A stretch of 64,000 nt of DNA from an uncultured delta proteobacterium (lineage in GTDB: Bacteria; Myxococcota; Myxococcia; Myxococcales; Myxococcaceae): the NCBI GenBank assembly GCA_963796055.1, contig CAWCKH010000004.1, forward strand, positions 3,200,001 to 3,264,000. Reading direction: 5' to 3'. Shown one piece after another: positions 48,060-60,465 of the stretch. The number at the start of each line of letters is the position of its first letter. Position 1 is the stretch's first letter. The position numbers and the translations under genes were made by a program. Below the pieces are notes generated by a model. The model made no database searches. It had not been told where the DNA came from and saw nothing but the letters and a program-made list of their open reading frames with translations.

Positions 48060-50552
48060 ATGCCGACGACACGGACCAAGAAGGCCGACGCGGGGGGTTC
48101 CCCGGCCGAGAAGGCGAAGAAGCCTCCTGCCCGTAAGGCTCCCCCGGCGATGAAGGCCAGGAAGGCCGCCCCGGCGAAGACCGCCGCGAAGAAGCGGACC
48201 CTCGCCGTGGTTCACGCCGACAGCACGCCCGCCCCACGCCGCGGCGGCCGGTACCTGGTGGTGGTCGAGTCGCCGGCCAAGGCGAAGACCATCAAGAAGT
48301 ACCTGGGCTCGGGCTACGCGGTGAAGGCGTCCGTGGGCCACGTCAAGGACCTGCCCAAGAGCAAGATGGGCATCGACGTGGAGCACGACTTCACGCCCGA
48401 GTACCACGTCATTCCCAGCAAGGAGAAAGCACTCGGCGAGCTGAAGAAGGCGGCGGCAGGGGCCGAGCAGGTGTTCCTCGCCACCGACCCCGACCGGGAA
48501 GGGGAGGCCATTGCCTGGCACCTGAACGAGGAGCTACGGCACCCCAACGCCGTGCGGGTGCTGTTCAACGAGATCACCAAGAAGGCGATCCAGGAGGCCA
48601 TCGCCCACCCGCGGTCGCTGGATCAGGCGAAGTACGACTCGCAGCAGACGCGGCGCATCCTCGACCGACTGGTGGGCTACCAGATCAGCCCGCTGCTCTG
48701 GAAGAAGGTGCGGCGCGGGCTCTCTGCCGGCCGGGTGCAGTCGGTGGCGGTACGGCTGATCGTCGAGCGTGAGCAGCTGATCAAGGCCTTCGTCCCGGTG
48801 GAGTACTGGACGCTGGAGGCCGAGCTGGAGGGAAAGGCTCCGCCCTCGTTCCGGGCACGGCTGGCGAAGCTGGACGGGAAGAAGGCCGAGGTCCCCGACC
48901 GGGCCACCGCCGATGCGCTCCTGGAGGAGCTGCGGGGAGCCGACTACCGGGTCGAGACCGTGGAGCGACGCGAGCGCCGGCGCAACGCCCCGGCGCCGTT
49001 CATCACCAGCAAGCTGCAGCAGGAGGCCGCGAACCGGCTGCACTTCACCGCCAAGAAGACCATGACCCTCGCCCAGCGGTTGTACGAGGGCGTGGAGCTC
49101 GGCGAGGAGGGGCAGACCGCGCTCATCACCTACATGCGCACCGACTCGGTGCGTCTCTCGGACGACGCAGTGGCCGCGGCGCGCGGGTACATCGCCGAGA
49201 CCTACGGGAAGGACGCCCTCCCCGACGAGCCGCTGGTCTACCGGAGCCGGAAGAGCGCCCAGGACGCGCACGAGGCCATCCGCCCGGTGTCGATGGAGTG
49301 GACGCCCGAGCGGGTGAGGCCCTTCCTCGAGCCCGACATGGCGCGGCTCTACGAGCTCATCTGGAACCGGTTCGTCGCCTGCCAGATGAAGCCTGCGGTG
49401 TACGACCAGACCACGGTGGAGATCTCCGCCGGTCGGGCCACCTTCCGCGCCGCAGGATCGATCCTCAGGTTCGCCGGCTACCTGGCGGTGTACGGGATGG
49501 CCCCCACCGCGGACGAGGAGTCCGAGCGGGAGAAGAGCGGCGCCGACGAGCCGAAGCCGGAAGAGGCCAGCGTGCAGCTGCCCGAGCTCGCCGAGGGCGA
49601 CCGGTTGAGGCTGGTGGGGCAGGGGCTGCTCTCCGAGCAGCACTTCACCCAGCCGCCACCCCGGTTCACCGAGGCCTCGCTGGTCAAGGAGCTGGAGGAG
49701 GACGGGATCGGGCGCCCCTCGACCTATGCCTCGATCCTCTCGGTGATCCAGGACAAGAAGTACGTGGAGAAGCTCGAGGGCCGCTTCCATCCCACCGAGC
49801 TGGGGAAGATCACCACCGAGGAGCTGGTGAAGCACTTCCCCCACGAGATGGACGTGACCTTCACCGCGAGCATGGAGGAGCAGCTCGACCAGATCTCCGA
49901 CGGGGACTCCGACTGGCGACGCGTGCTTCGTGACTTCTACGGCCCCTTCCAGGTCACCCTGGCCAGGGCCGAGCAGGAGATGCGCGACGTCAAGCGGGAA
50001 GAGATCCCCACCGACGTCAACTGCGAGAAGTGCGGGAAGATGATGGCCATCAAGTGGGGGAAGATGGGCCGCTTCCTCGCCTGCACCGGCTACCCCGACT
50101 GCAAGAACACCAAGGACTTCAAGGAGGTCGACGGCAAGGTCGTCCCGGTGGAGGAGGAGCCCACCGACGAGACCTGCGAGAAGTGCGGTCGGCCCATGGT
50201 CATCAAGCGGGGCCGCTTCGGGCGCTTCATGGCCTGCTCGGGGTACCCGGAGTGCAAGACCAGCAAGCCCCTGTCCATCGGCGTGGCCTGCCCCACCTGC
50301 AAGGTGGGCTACCTCACCGAGCGCCGGAGCCGCCGGGGGAAGGTGTTCTTCGGTTGCAACCGGTACCCGGACTGCACCTTCGCCGCCTGGGACCGCCCGC
50401 TGCCCCAGGCCTGCCCGCAGTGCGCCTCGCCGTACCTGCTGCAGAAGTACAGCAAGCGCGACGGCGCGCGGATCGTCTGTCCGAACAAGGAGTGCGGCTA
50501 CACCCGCCCGGTGGACGAGGGCGGCCCGGTGGCGCCGCCCAGCGCTGCCTAG
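48060..50552 (+). CDS. topA: DNA topoisomerase I
   Basis: VVESPAKAKTI, ATDPDREGEAI, SAGRVQS, ITYMRTDS, GIGRPSTY, C-terminal zinc ribbons. Confidence 0.98.
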   Translation: MPTTRTKKADAGGSPAEKAKKPPARKAPPAMKARKAAPAKTAAKKRTLAVVHADSTPAPRRGGRYLVVVESPAKAKTIKKYLGSGYAVKASVGHVKDLPKSKMGIDVEHDFTPEYHVIPSKEKALGELKKAAAGAEQVFLATDPDREGEAIAWHLNEELRHPNAVRVLFNEITKKAIQEAIAHPRSLDQAKYDSQQTRRILDRLVGYQISPLLWKKVRRGLSAGRVQSVAVRLIVEREQLIKAFVPVEYWTLEAELEGKAPPSFRARLAKLDGKKAEVPDRATADALLEELRGADYRVETVERRERRRNAPAPFITSKLQQEAANRLHFTAKKTMTLAQRLYEGVELGEEGQTALITYMRTDSVRLSDDAVAAARGYIAETYGKDALPDEPLVYRSRKSAQDAHEAIRPVSMEWTPERVRPFLEPDMARLYELIWNRFVACQMKPAVYDQTTVEISAGRATFRAAGSILRFAGYLAVYGMAPTADEESEREKSGADEPKPEEASVQLPELAEGDRLRLVGQGLLSEQHFTQPPPRFTEASLVKELEEDGIGRPSTYASILSVIQDKKYVEKLEGRFHPTELGKITTEELVKHFPHEMDVTFTASMEEQLDQISDGDSDWRRVLRDFYGPFQVTLARAEQEMRDVKREEIPTDVNCEKCGKMMAIKWGKMGRFLACTGYPDCKNTKDFKEVDGKVVPVEEEPTDETCEKCGRPMVIKRGRFGRFMACSGYPECKTSKPLSIGVACPTCKVGYLTERRSRRGKVFFGCNRYPDCTFAAWDRPLPQACPQCASPYLLQKYSKRDGARIVCPNKECGYTRPVDEGGPVAPPSAA

Positions 50553-50758
50553 GTCAGGGCGGCCGCCGTCGAGATCCGGGTCAGGGTGTCGTCAGGTGGG
50601 CTGCAGTCGGCGAGGTCCGGGCGGCCGCAGTCAGCGAGCGCTCCTCGCCGCCCCCCGTGTCCGGGGGGCCGGTCAGCGGATCTGCGAGGCGGTGCGACAC
50701 TGTCCCCGGGGACAGAGGCGCGGGCGGGCCGCGGTGGCGCAGCACCACCGTGCCGTTC

Positions 50759-50788
50759 TTGACACCCCGGGGGGCGCAAAGGGACGAT
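50759..50788 (+). promoter_or_regulatory. Putative sigma-70 promoter of the TolQ/TolR triplet
   Basis: Perfect TTGACA at 50759, 18 nt spacer, weak -10 GACGAT. Confidence 0.35.
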
Positions 50789-50892
50789 GTTTCTCCGGTC
50801 TTCGCCGTGAAGCACCGCTCTCCCCGCCTTTCTCGAGAGACTCCAACGCGCCGGCCCGCTGCACAGGCGCACCGGAAAGGATTCACCCGTCC

Positions 50893-51624
50893 ATGAGCAC
50901 GTCGATGAGCCACCTGATCGAGGCCGTCCTGGCCGCTGCACCTGCCGTGAAAGGTGGGGCGATGGACTCGATCGTTCGGTTCTTCAAGGAGGGTGGCCCG
51001 TTCATGTACGTGAACCTCTTCTGGATGGCGTGCGCGATCGCGGTGGTGGTCGAGCGCGTCGTCACGCTGATGTTCCGCTACAACCTGAACGCCGAGCCGT
51101 TCATGGAGCAGATCACCAAGCTGGTGCTCACCGGCAACGTGGACCGGGCGGTGAAGCTCTGCGGCGCGGCGCCGAACTCGCCGCTGGCCCGGGTGATCCG
51201 CGCCGGACTGACCCGCGCCAACCGGGGCGAGATGGAGGTGGCCAAGAGCGTGGAGGAGGCCATCCTCGAGCACACCCCGCCCATCCAGACGCGCATCCCC
51301 TGGCTCTGGTCGCTGGCCAACATCGCCACCCTGGTGGGGCTCCTCGGCACCATCAGCGGTCTGATCATCACCTTCCAATCGCTGGGCAACGTGCCCGCGG
51401 ATCAGAAGCAGGCCATCCTCTCCAACGGCATCTCGGAGGCGATGAACAACACCGCCTTCGGTCTGGGCATCGCGGTGTCCTGCATCATCTCCCACCTCTT
51501 CCTGACCGCGTACGCCAAGAAAATGGTGGAGTCGGTGGAGCTCAGTGCCCTGAAGCTGGAGAACCTCCTGTCGCGGCGCGCGGCCGGAGAGACCTCGGCG
51601 ATGGACTTCGAGCGCTCGGCGTAA
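50893..51624 (+). CDS. MotA/TolQ/ExbB proton channel protein (AglR-like)
   Basis: ANIATLVGLLGTISGLI, GISEAMNNTAFGL; start could also be 50905 or 50962. Confidence 0.93.
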   Translation: MSTSMSHLIEAVLAAAPAVKGGAMDSIVRFFKEGGPFMYVNLFWMACAIAVVVERVVTLMFRYNLNAEPFMEQITKLVLTGNVDRAVKLCGAAPNSPLARVIRAGLTRANRGEMEVAKSVEEAILEHTPPIQTRIPWLWSLANIATLVGLLGTISGLIITFQSLGNVPADQKQAILSNGISEAMNNTAFGLGIAVSCIISHLFLTAYAKKMVESVELSALKLENLLSRRAAGETSAMDFERSA

Positions 51625-51649
51625 GGGCGGGTCCGAGGGTCCCTGGCCG

Positions 51650-52195
51650 ATGGCCTTCTTCTACAGCAAGCGCAAGCTTCGGGTCCGGGGCCGCGAGGAG
51701 GGCCAAGAGCTCAACATCGTCCCCTACCTCGACATCCTCATGAACCTGATCATGTTCATGCTCCTGTCGATCACCGGTCTGTCGGCGTTCGGCATCCTGA
51801 ACGTGAACGCGCCGAATTACGGCGGCCCGAGCACCCAGGTGACCGAGGAGGGGGACAAGCCGAAGCTGCTGCTCACCGTACTCATCTCCAAGAAGGGGTT
51901 CTACGTCGCGGCGACCGGCGGGGTGGTCGGGCAGCAGCAGCAGCCGGGACAGCCCAACCCGGCCGAGGCCCCGCCCAGCATCCCCAAGAAGGCCGACGGC
52001 AGCTACGACTACACCGCGCTCACCGAGTCGATGGTGAACGTGAAGAAGGAGTTCCCCTCCGAGTCGAAGGTCATCGTCGGCGCCGAGGGCGACATTCCCT
52101 ACGAGGTCCTGGTCCAGACCATGGACGCGGTCCGCGAGACGCCTGGCCGGGAGCGCAAGCTGCTCTTCACCGACGTCACCCTGGGGGCGATCTGA
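51650..52195 (+). CDS. ExbD/TolR family protein (AglQ-like)
   Basis: ELNIVPYLDILMNLIMFML with channel Asp; IPYEVLVQTMDAVR. Confidence 0.9.
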   Translation: MAFFYSKRKLRVRGREEGQELNIVPYLDILMNLIMFMLLSITGLSAFGILNVNAPNYGGPSTQVTEEGDKPKLLLTVLISKKGFYVAATGGVVGQQQQPGQPNPAEAPPSIPKKADGSYDYTALTESMVNVKKEFPSESKVIVGAEGDIPYEVLVQTMDAVRETPGRERKLLFTDVTLGAI

Positions 52196-52785
52196 TGGCC
52201 GCGCCGGTCCCCCGCGCCCCGGAGCTGGACGAGGAGACGCTGCAGCGGCTGATGTTCCGCAAGGCGCTGACGCGCAAGAAGCGCATGGAGCGCGAGATCG
52301 CCGGCGAGATCCACGAGCTCAACATCACCGCGATGATGGACATGATGACCATCATCCTGGTGTTCCTCCTCAAGTCCTACGCCGCCTCCGCCATCTCGCT
52401 GACCCAGAGCGAGGACGTGAAGCCCCCCATCTCCAGCACCCGGGCGGTACCGAAGGACACGGTGGCAGTGACCATCACCCCCCGGGACATCCTGGTCGGT
52501 GACCGAGTGGTCGTGCCCCTCGAGAATGGGCAGATTCCCGCCTCGATGCTCCAGGGGCGGCTGGTGGTTCCGCTGGACAATGCGCTTCGCCGCGAGGTGG
52601 AGAAGCTGAAGCTCATCGCCTCGCGAAACCCCTCCGCCCCGTTCAGCCGCGAGCTGTCGGTCATCGGTGACCGGAAGATTCCCTACGACCTGCTGCTGAC
52701 CGTGCTCTACACCGCCGGTCAGGCCGAGCTGGAGAACTACCGGTTCGTGGTGCTCCAGAAGGGCGAGGGCAGCGAGAGCGGGTAA
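52195..52785 (+). CDS. ExbD/TolR family protein (AglS-like)
   Basis: ELNITAMMDMMTIILVFLLKS; IGDRKIPY..LYTAGQA. Confidence 0.9.
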   Translation: MAAPVPRAPELDEETLQRLMFRKALTRKKRMEREIAGEIHELNITAMMDMMTIILVFLLKSYAASAISLTQSEDVKPPISSTRAVPKDTVAVTITPRDILVGDRVVVPLENGQIPASMLQGRLVVPLDNALRREVEKLKLIASRNPSAPFSRELSVIGDRKIPYDLLLTVLYTAGQAELENYRFVVLQKGEGSESG

Positions 52786-52801
52786 CCCGGGGCTCAGCGG
52801 C

Positions 52802-53185
52802 TCACAGGGAAGGTCGGGGGGCGTTCCCGCGCAGCGACAGCTCCCGAAGCTCCTCGTCCTCCTGGCAGCGGAGGGTGAAGGGCAGGGCACGGAGCCGCTC
52901 GATGGGGATGTCCTGGCCGCAGTCGACGCACTTGCCGTACCGGCCGGCGTCCATCCGACCGATCGCGGCGTCGATCTGGATCACCTCGCGGCGGGCGCTT
53001 TCCGACAGGGTGGTGAGCACGTCGTCGGCGAGCTTGTTCTGCGCGCCCTCCTCGTACTCGGGCTGGCGGTCCTGGGAATGGAGGGCCCGCAGCTCGTCCT
53101 GCTCCACCTGCTGCGTCTCGAGCAGCACCCGGCGGCGTTCGGTCAGCATCCGGTGCAGCTCGTCGTCGGCGGCGAAACGGTCCAT
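52802..53185 (-). CDS. TraR/DksA family transcription factor
   Basis: IDAAIGRMDAGRYGKCVDCGQDIPIERLRALPFTLRC; N-terminal coiled coil. Confidence 0.9.
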   Translation of the reverse strand: MDRFAADDELHRMLTERRRVLLETQQVEQDELRALHSQDRQPEYEEGAQNKLADDVLTTLSESARREVIQIDAAIGRMDAGRYGKCVDCGQDIPIERLRALPFTLRCQEDEELRELSLRGNAPRPSL

Positions 53186-53270
53186 GGCCGACCAAGGTAA
53201 GTCCGGCCTCCGGGGGTGAAACCCCCCGTGGGGGTTGCAGCGAGCGCCCCGTTGGGTCAGGAGAGCAGGC

Positions 53271-54600
53271 ATGGAACCGGTCACGGTCGTTGGCGCGGGG
53301 CTCGCCGGGAGCGAATGCGCGGTGCAGCTCGCCCGCCGGGGCGTCCCCGTCCGGCTGTGGGAGATGAAGCCCCTGCGCCGGAGCCCCGCCCACCGCACCG
53401 ACGGGCCGGCGGAGCTGGTGTGCAGCAACAGCTTCCGCTCGGACAGTCCGGACACGCCCATCGGGCTGCTCCACGCCGAGCTCCGCCGCCTCGGCTCGGT
53501 CATCCTCGCCGAGGCGGACCAGGCCCGGGTGCCGGCGGGGGAAGCCCTGGCCGTCGACCGCGAGCGGTTCTCGGCCGGAGTGGAGCGGGCGCTCGCCTCC
53601 GCCGCGGGACTCGAGCGGGTGGTGGGCGAGGTGGAGTTGCTGCCGGCAGGCGACGTGGTGGTGGCCACCGGCCCGCTGACCTCCGAGGCGCTGACCCGGG
53701 CGCTCTCCGGCCGGACGGGCGACAAGCTCTACTTCTACGACTCGATCGCCCCCATCGTGGCCGCGGACTCGGTGGACGAGGCGGTCGCCTTCCGGGCGAG
53801 CCGCTGGGGGAGAGGCGATGGTGCGGACTACCTCAACCTGCCCCTCGGCGAGTCGGAGTACCGGGCCTTCGTGCGCTCGCTGCTCACGGCGGAGAAGGTG
53901 GTGCCGCACGCCTTCGAGGAGCCCCGGTACTTCGAGGGCTGTCTTCCCATCGAGGTGATGGCGGAGCGCGGGGAAGAGACGCTGGCGCATGGCCCGATGA
54001 AGCCGGTGGGGCTGGAGGATCCACGGACCGGGCGCCGCCCGTACGCGGTGGTGCAGCTCCGTCAGGAGGACCTGGGGGGCACCGCGTACAACCTGGTGGG
54101 GTTCCAGACCCGGCTGACCTGGCCGGAGCAGCGGCGGGTGTTCCGGACCCTGCCCGGCCTCGGCAACGCCGAGTTCCTGCGCATGGGACAGATCCACCGG
54201 AACACGTTCATCGACGCGCCGCGGCTCCTCGGGTCCGACCTGTCGCTCCGGGCCGAGCCGCGGGTGTGGTTCGCGGGGCAGATCTCCGGGGTGGAGGGCT
54301 ACGTGGAATCGGCGGCCTCGGGGTTTCTCGTGGCTCTGGCGGTGGTCGGCCCGTCGGCAGGGTAGACCCTTCGCTCCGCCGCCAGCGGAGACGGCGCTGG
54401 GCGCGCTCTACCGGCATGTGACGGGGGCGGCGCACCCACCCGGCACCGAGTACCAGCCGTCGAACGTGACGTTCGGGCTGTTTCCGCCCCTGCCTGGCCG
54501 CGTCCCGAAGTCCGGACGCCGCGAGGCCCACGCCGCGCGCGCCCGCGCCGCCCTTCGCTCTTGGACCGCAGGGGCGGACCCGGCGGTGGTGGCCCGGTGA
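53271..54600 (+). CDS. trmFO: Folate/FAD-dependent tRNA m5U54 methyltransferase TrmFO (Gid), apparent +1 frameshift near 54348
   Basis: [48 protein letters not shown]; the C-terminal TALGAL...[12 protein letters not shown] continues in the next frame. Confidence 0.93.
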
Positions 54601-56171
54601 GGGCGGTCACGCGGGGGACCCTCGGGCTCGTGGCGCTGGCCTGCGCCCTGGCGGGCTGCAGCAAGAGCGGACAGCCGGCCCAGGTGGAGAAGCCGCTGGT
54701 GGGCGGCCTCGGCAAGCGGCTCGCCGCGGGACCGGTCGCGGACCTCAAGCTCACCAAGGACGGCGCCCACGCCACGTTCCTCCGCAACCCCCGGCGCCCT
54801 GCCATCCAGGGCGTGTCGCCGCTGATGGCCCTGGGCGAGCTCGGAGTCGCCTCCTTGAGGGACGGAGTGGTCCGCTTCGTGGGCCAGGGCGTCTCCAACC
54901 GGCCGGGCAGCGTCCTGTTCAGCCCCGACGCGCACTGGCTGTTCTTCGTGGACGGCTACAACACCGCGGCCGAGTCCGGCACCCTGCACACCTTGCAGCT
55001 CGGGTCCGCGGCCGAGCCCGAGCTCCGCGGCCGCGCCGTCTCCTTCGTCGCCGTCAGCCCCACCGGCAACGCCTTCGCCTTCGTCGACGACGGGGTCCTG
55101 CGGGTCGCCCCGCTCCAGGCCGGCAGCAGCGCCCGCGCCGTCGCCACGGAGGTCTCCACCGCCCAGTTCACCCCCGACGGCTCGCTGCTGCTCGTGCACC
55201 ACCGCGCCTCCGCCGGTGGGACGCTGGAGCGGGTCGCGGTCGACGGCAACCGGCCGTCGGTCCGGCTCGGCGATTCGGTGGGCGACTGGACCCTCGCCCC
55301 GGACGGCAAGCGGGTGGCGTTCGCGGTGAAGAGCAGCCTGGTGCGCGACGGCCGCGACCTGTGGGTGGCGCCTCTCCCCGACGGGAAACCCGCTCGGGTG
55401 GCCACCGGCACCGGGCCGTTCGCCTTCTCCCCGGATGGGGTGCAGCTGGCGCGCATCGAGCGAGAGAAGGCCTCGTCCATCGGAAATCTCGTGGTGGGCC
55501 CCTCCGCAGGGAGCAGCGGGCGAAAGATCGCCGAGCGGGTGGGCGACTTCTCCTTCGCCCCGGACGGGAAGGCCATCGCCGCGCTGGCCAACTACGACGA
55601 GCAGCAGAGATGGGGCCGGCTCATCTACGCGCCGTTCCCCGATGGCGAGCCGGTGGAGCTCGGCAAGCGGGTCACCACCTGGGTCTGGAGCCCGGACAAC
55701 GCGCACCTCGCCTTCAACCTTCGCATCTTCCAGCCGTTGCCCTCGGTGGACCTGTGGCTGTACAGGCGGGGGAAGCTGCCGGCTTCCGCGGTCATGGCCA
55801 ACGTCTACGGCTACGATTTTGGCCCGGGCGGCGCGCTGTACCTTCGGTCGGAATGCATCCGCGAGGCCCGGGCCTGCACCCTGGAGCGGCTCGACCCGAG
55901 CATCCCCGGTGGCAAGCCCACGCCCGTTCTCGAGGGCATCTTCGGATTTCGCCCCAGCGAGGCCGGGAACCGGATGCTGGTCACCTACGCCCGGACCGAC
56001 GCGGAGACGTACGACGTCGCCGTCCTCAATCTGAAGACCGGCACCCGGGTCACCCTGGAGGAGCGCATTCTCCTCCCCGCGCTCTTCGCCGACCCCGAGG
56101 GGAGCAGGGTCGTGTACCTCGTCTCGCAGGGCGAGCGGTCGGGTCTCTACGTGTGCGATCAGGTCCCCTGA
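54597..56171 (+). CDS. aglU: AglU-like WD40/TolB-type beta-propeller lipoprotein
   Basis: LAGC lipobox; repeated FSPDG/WSPD units; lies between gid and xerC as recalled for M. xanthus aglU. Confidence 0.75.
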   Translation: MRAVTRGTLGLVALACALAGCSKSGQPAQVEKPLVGGLGKRLAAGPVADLKLTKDGAHATFLRNPRRPAIQGVSPLMALGELGVASLRDGVVRFVGQGVSNRPGSVLFSPDAHWLFFVDGYNTAAESGTLHTLQLGSAAEPELRGRAVSFVAVSPTGNAFAFVDDGVLRVAPLQAGSSARAVATEVSTAQFTPDGSLLLVHHRASAGGTLERVAVDGNRPSVRLGDSVGDWTLAPDGKRVAFAVKSSLVRDGRDLWVAPLPDGKPARVATGTGPFAFSPDGVQLARIEREKASSIGNLVVGPSAGSSGRKIAERVGDFSFAPDGKAIAALANYDEQQRWGRLIYAPFPDGEPVELGKRVTTWVWSPDNAHLAFNLRIFQPLPSVDLWLYRRGKLPASAVMANVYGYDFGPGGALYLRSECIREARACTLERLDPSIPGGKPTPVLEGIFGFRPSEAGNRMLVTYARTDAETYDVAVLNLKTGTRVTLEERILLPALFADPEGSRVVYLVSQGERSGLYVCDQVP

Positions 56172-56242
56172 GACCCCCGTCGCCCGCGCCGGGTGCCGGA
56201 ATCTCGCCCCGCTCCGGCGACGGTCCTAGGCTCCGGGCAGCG

Positions 56243-57136
56243 ATGCAGCACGCCTGGATCGACGCGTTCGGCGAGTCCCTGGCCCACGCCCGGGGCAGCT
56301 CCCCCCACACGGTGAAGGCGTACCTCAGCGACGTCCGGGCCTTCGCCCGGTACCTCGAGGGCGCCGGCCGCGACCTGGCCACCGCCGACCACGGCACCAT
56401 CCGTGGCTGGCTCGGGACACTGGCCGTCGACCATGCCGCGCGCAGCCGCGCCCGCGCGCTCGCCTCGGTCCGCGCCCTGTACCGGTATCTGGTGGTCACC
56501 GGCCGGGTGGCGTCGAACCCTGCCCGCACCGTCCGCAGCCCCAGGCTCCCCACGCGGCTGCCGCGGGTGCTCCCGGTGGACGAGGTGTTCGCGGTGCTCG
56601 CCGTTCCGGGCAAGGACGGGCCGCTCGGCCTCCGCGACCGGGCGCTCTTCGAGCTGCTCTACGGCTCGGGCCTCCGGGTCAGCGAGGCCTGTGGGCTGGA
56701 CATGGACGACCTCGAGTTGCGCGCGCGCACCGTCCGGGTGCTCGGCAAGGGCCGCAAGGAGCGCCTCTGCCCGATGAACCCGGGATGCGTGGCCGCGCTC
56801 CGTCGCTGGCTCGAGCGCCGCGGCGAGCTCCTCGCCCGGCCGGCCCCGGGTCAGGACCCGTCGGCGCTCTTCCTCAACCACCGCGGCGGCCGGCTCACCG
56901 CCCGCAGCGTCGCCCGGCACCTGGACCGCACCGTGTTCCAGCTCGCCCTGCAGCGGAAGGTGAGCCCGCACGCGCTGCGGCACTCGTTCGCCACCCACCT
57001 GCTCGCCGGAGGAGCGGACGTGCGCGTCATCCAGGAGCTCCTCGGACACGCCAGCCTGTCGACGACGCAGAGGTACACCCAGGTGAGCATCGAGCAGCTC
57101 CAGGCGGTGTACGACCGGACACATCCGCACGCCTGA
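56243..57136 (+). CDS. xerC: Tyrosine recombinase XerC
   Basis: [56 protein letters not shown]; xerC-hslVU context. Confidence 0.93.
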   Translation: MQHAWIDAFGESLAHARGSSPHTVKAYLSDVRAFARYLEGAGRDLATADHGTIRGWLGTLAVDHAARSRARALASVRALYRYLVVTGRVASNPARTVRSPRLPTRLPRVLPVDEVFAVLAVPGKDGPLGLRDRALFELLYGSGLRVSEACGLDMDDLELRARTVRVLGKGRKERLCPMNPGCVAALRRWLERRGELLARPAPGQDPSALFLNHRGGRLTARSVARHLDRTVFQLALQRKVSPHALRHSFATHLLAGGADVRVIQELLGHASLSTTQRYTQVSIEQLQAVYDRTHPHA

Positions 57137-57228
57137 GGGGCGGCTCCCCAATCGCCCCTGGACGACGAATCCGCACGCGGGGATGGAACGACGGCCACCT
57201 GGCTGTTACACCCGGCAGCAACCGGCCG

Positions 57229-57756
57229 ATGTTCCATGGAACGACTATTCTCTGCGTCCGGCGCGACGGCCGGGTGGTGCTCGGCGGCGATGGGCAGGTG
57301 ACGCTCGACAAGACGGTGATGAAGGCCAGCGCCCGGAAGGTGCGCCGGCTCGGCGACGGCCGGGTCCTCGCCGGGTTCGCCGGGAGCACCGCCGACGCCT
57401 TCACCCTGTTCGAGCGCTTCGAGGCGAAACTTCAAGAATACCAGCGCAACCTCGCCCGGGCCTGCGTGGAGCTGGGGAAGGACTGGCGCACCGACCGTTT
57501 CCTCCGCCGGCTGGAGGCACTCCTAGTCGTCGCCGACATCGAGCGGACCTTCGTCCTCAGCGGGGCAGGGGACGTCATCGAGCCCGACTTCGGGGCCGCG
57601 GCGGTGGGGTCGGGCGGGCCCTACGCGCTGGCCGCCGCCCGCGCCCTGCTCGATCACTCGACGCTGAGCGCCCGGCAGATCGCCGAGGTCTCGCTCGGCA
57701 TCGCCGCCGACACCTGCATCTACACCAACAAGAATCTCACCTTCGAGGAGCTGTGA
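57229..57756 (+). CDS. hslV: ATP-dependent protease subunit HslV
   Basis: [38 protein letters not shown]. Confidence 0.97.
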   Translation: MFHGTTILCVRRDGRVVLGGDGQVTLDKTVMKASARKVRRLGDGRVLAGFAGSTADAFTLFERFEAKLQEYQRNLARACVELGKDWRTDRFLRRLEALLVVADIERTFVLSGAGDVIEPDFGAAAVGSGGPYALAAARALLDHSTLSARQIAEVSLGIAADTCIYTNKNLTFEEL

Positions 57757-57761
57757 CAGCG

Positions 57762-59150
<1,389 letters not shown>

Positions 59151-59159
59151 TCGACCGCC

Positions 59160-60417
59160 ATGCCCATCCCGCAGACCGCCGTGCCCGGTGTCGAGCGACC
59201 ACTGCCCTCCAGGAACCGAGCGGTGATGGACCGGGCGCGCGCCCATCTGCTCCAGAACTACAGGCAGCAGCCCATCGTGCTCGAGCGCGGGGAGGGCACA
59301 CGGGTCTGGGACGCCGACGGCAACGTCTACCTGGACCTGCTCGGCGGAATCGCCACCTTGCCCTTCGGCCACTGCCACCCGGAGATCACCGCCGCGGCCA
59401 AGGCCCAGCTGGACCGTCTGTGGCACACCTCCAACGTCTTCTACACCGAGCCGCAGATCACCCTGGCCGAGCTGCTGACCTCGCTCTCGGGGCTGGACCG
59501 GGCCTTCTTCTGCAACTCGGGCGCAGAGGCCAACGAGGCGCTCCTCAAGCTGGCCCGGAAGGCGCAGCACGGGCGGGGACAGCCGGGCCGGTTCGAGTTC
59601 GTCTGCTTCGAGACCAGCTTCCACGGCCGGACCCTGGCGACGGTGACCGCCACCGGCCAGCCCAGGTACCAGAAGGGCTTCGAGCCGCTCCTGCCCGGCG
59701 TGGTCCACGTTCCCTACGGAGATCTCGGAAGCGGTGCGGAAGGCGGTGGGCCCGCGCACCGCCGCCATCCTCGTCGAGCCGGTGCAAGGCGAGGGGGGCG
59801 TGCGCGCCGCGCCCGAGGGTTTCCTCCGCGCGCTGCGCACCCTGGCCGACGACACCGGGGTTCTCCTCCTGGTCGACGAGGTGCAGACCGGGATGGGCCG
59901 CACCGGGAAGATGTTCGCCTTCCAGCACGAGGGCATCCGGCCCGACGGTTTCAGCCTCGCCAAGGGCCTGGCCAACGGCCTCCCCATCGGGGCCATGGTG
60001 TGCACCGAGGAGGCGGGGAAGGCGCTCGCGCCCGGGACGCACGGGAGCACCTTCGGCGGCAATCCGGTGGCCGCCGCGGCGGCCATCGCCACCGTCCGCC
60101 TCGCCAGTGACCCCCGGGTACTCTCCGGAAACCTGGAAAGAGGCGAGCACTTCGTCGACGGGGCGCGGGCGATGCAGGCCCGCCACCCGACCCTGGTAAA
60201 GGACGTGCGCGGCCGCGGACTGCTTCTCGGCGTCGAGCTGTCCTACGACGCCGGCCCGGTGGTCACCCGCTGCCGCGAGCGGGGGATGCTGTGCAACCTC
60301 GCCGGTGAGCGCACCGTCCGGTTCGCCCCCCCGTACATCGTCACCCTCGACGAGTTGGACGAGGGGCTGCGGATCCTCGAGGAGGCCGTGGTCGGTCTTG
60401 CCCCACGCGGGTCGTAG
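59160..60417 (+). CDS. argD: Acetylornithine aminotransferase (class III), apparent +1 frameshift near 59728
   Basis: FFCNSGAEANE, SFHGRT in the first frame; EPVQGEGG, DEVQTGMGRTG, AKGLANG, HGSTFGGNP in the second; deleting one G restores YGDLEAVRKAV. Confidence 0.93.
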
Positions 60418-60465
60418 GTTTGACCACCTCCCACAGCGCAGGTAGCGTCGAGGATCTCGCGTCCA

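Noticed and set aside
46817..50670. 13-bp TGTCCGGGGGGCC present in two intergenic regions (46817 and 50658)
   Set aside because: Only two low-complexity copies in GC-rich DNA; not enough for a REP or operator call
53211..53237. GGGGGT-GAA-ACCCCC hairpin between the dksA-like gene and trmFO as a terminator or sRNA
   Set aside because: Sits between divergent starts, has no U-tract and is too short to support a call
56243..57136. Tyrosine recombinase as a prophage or island integrase
   Set aside because: Size, motifs and the trmFO-xerC-hslVU context fit housekeeping XerC; no att repeats, tRNA or phage genes seen
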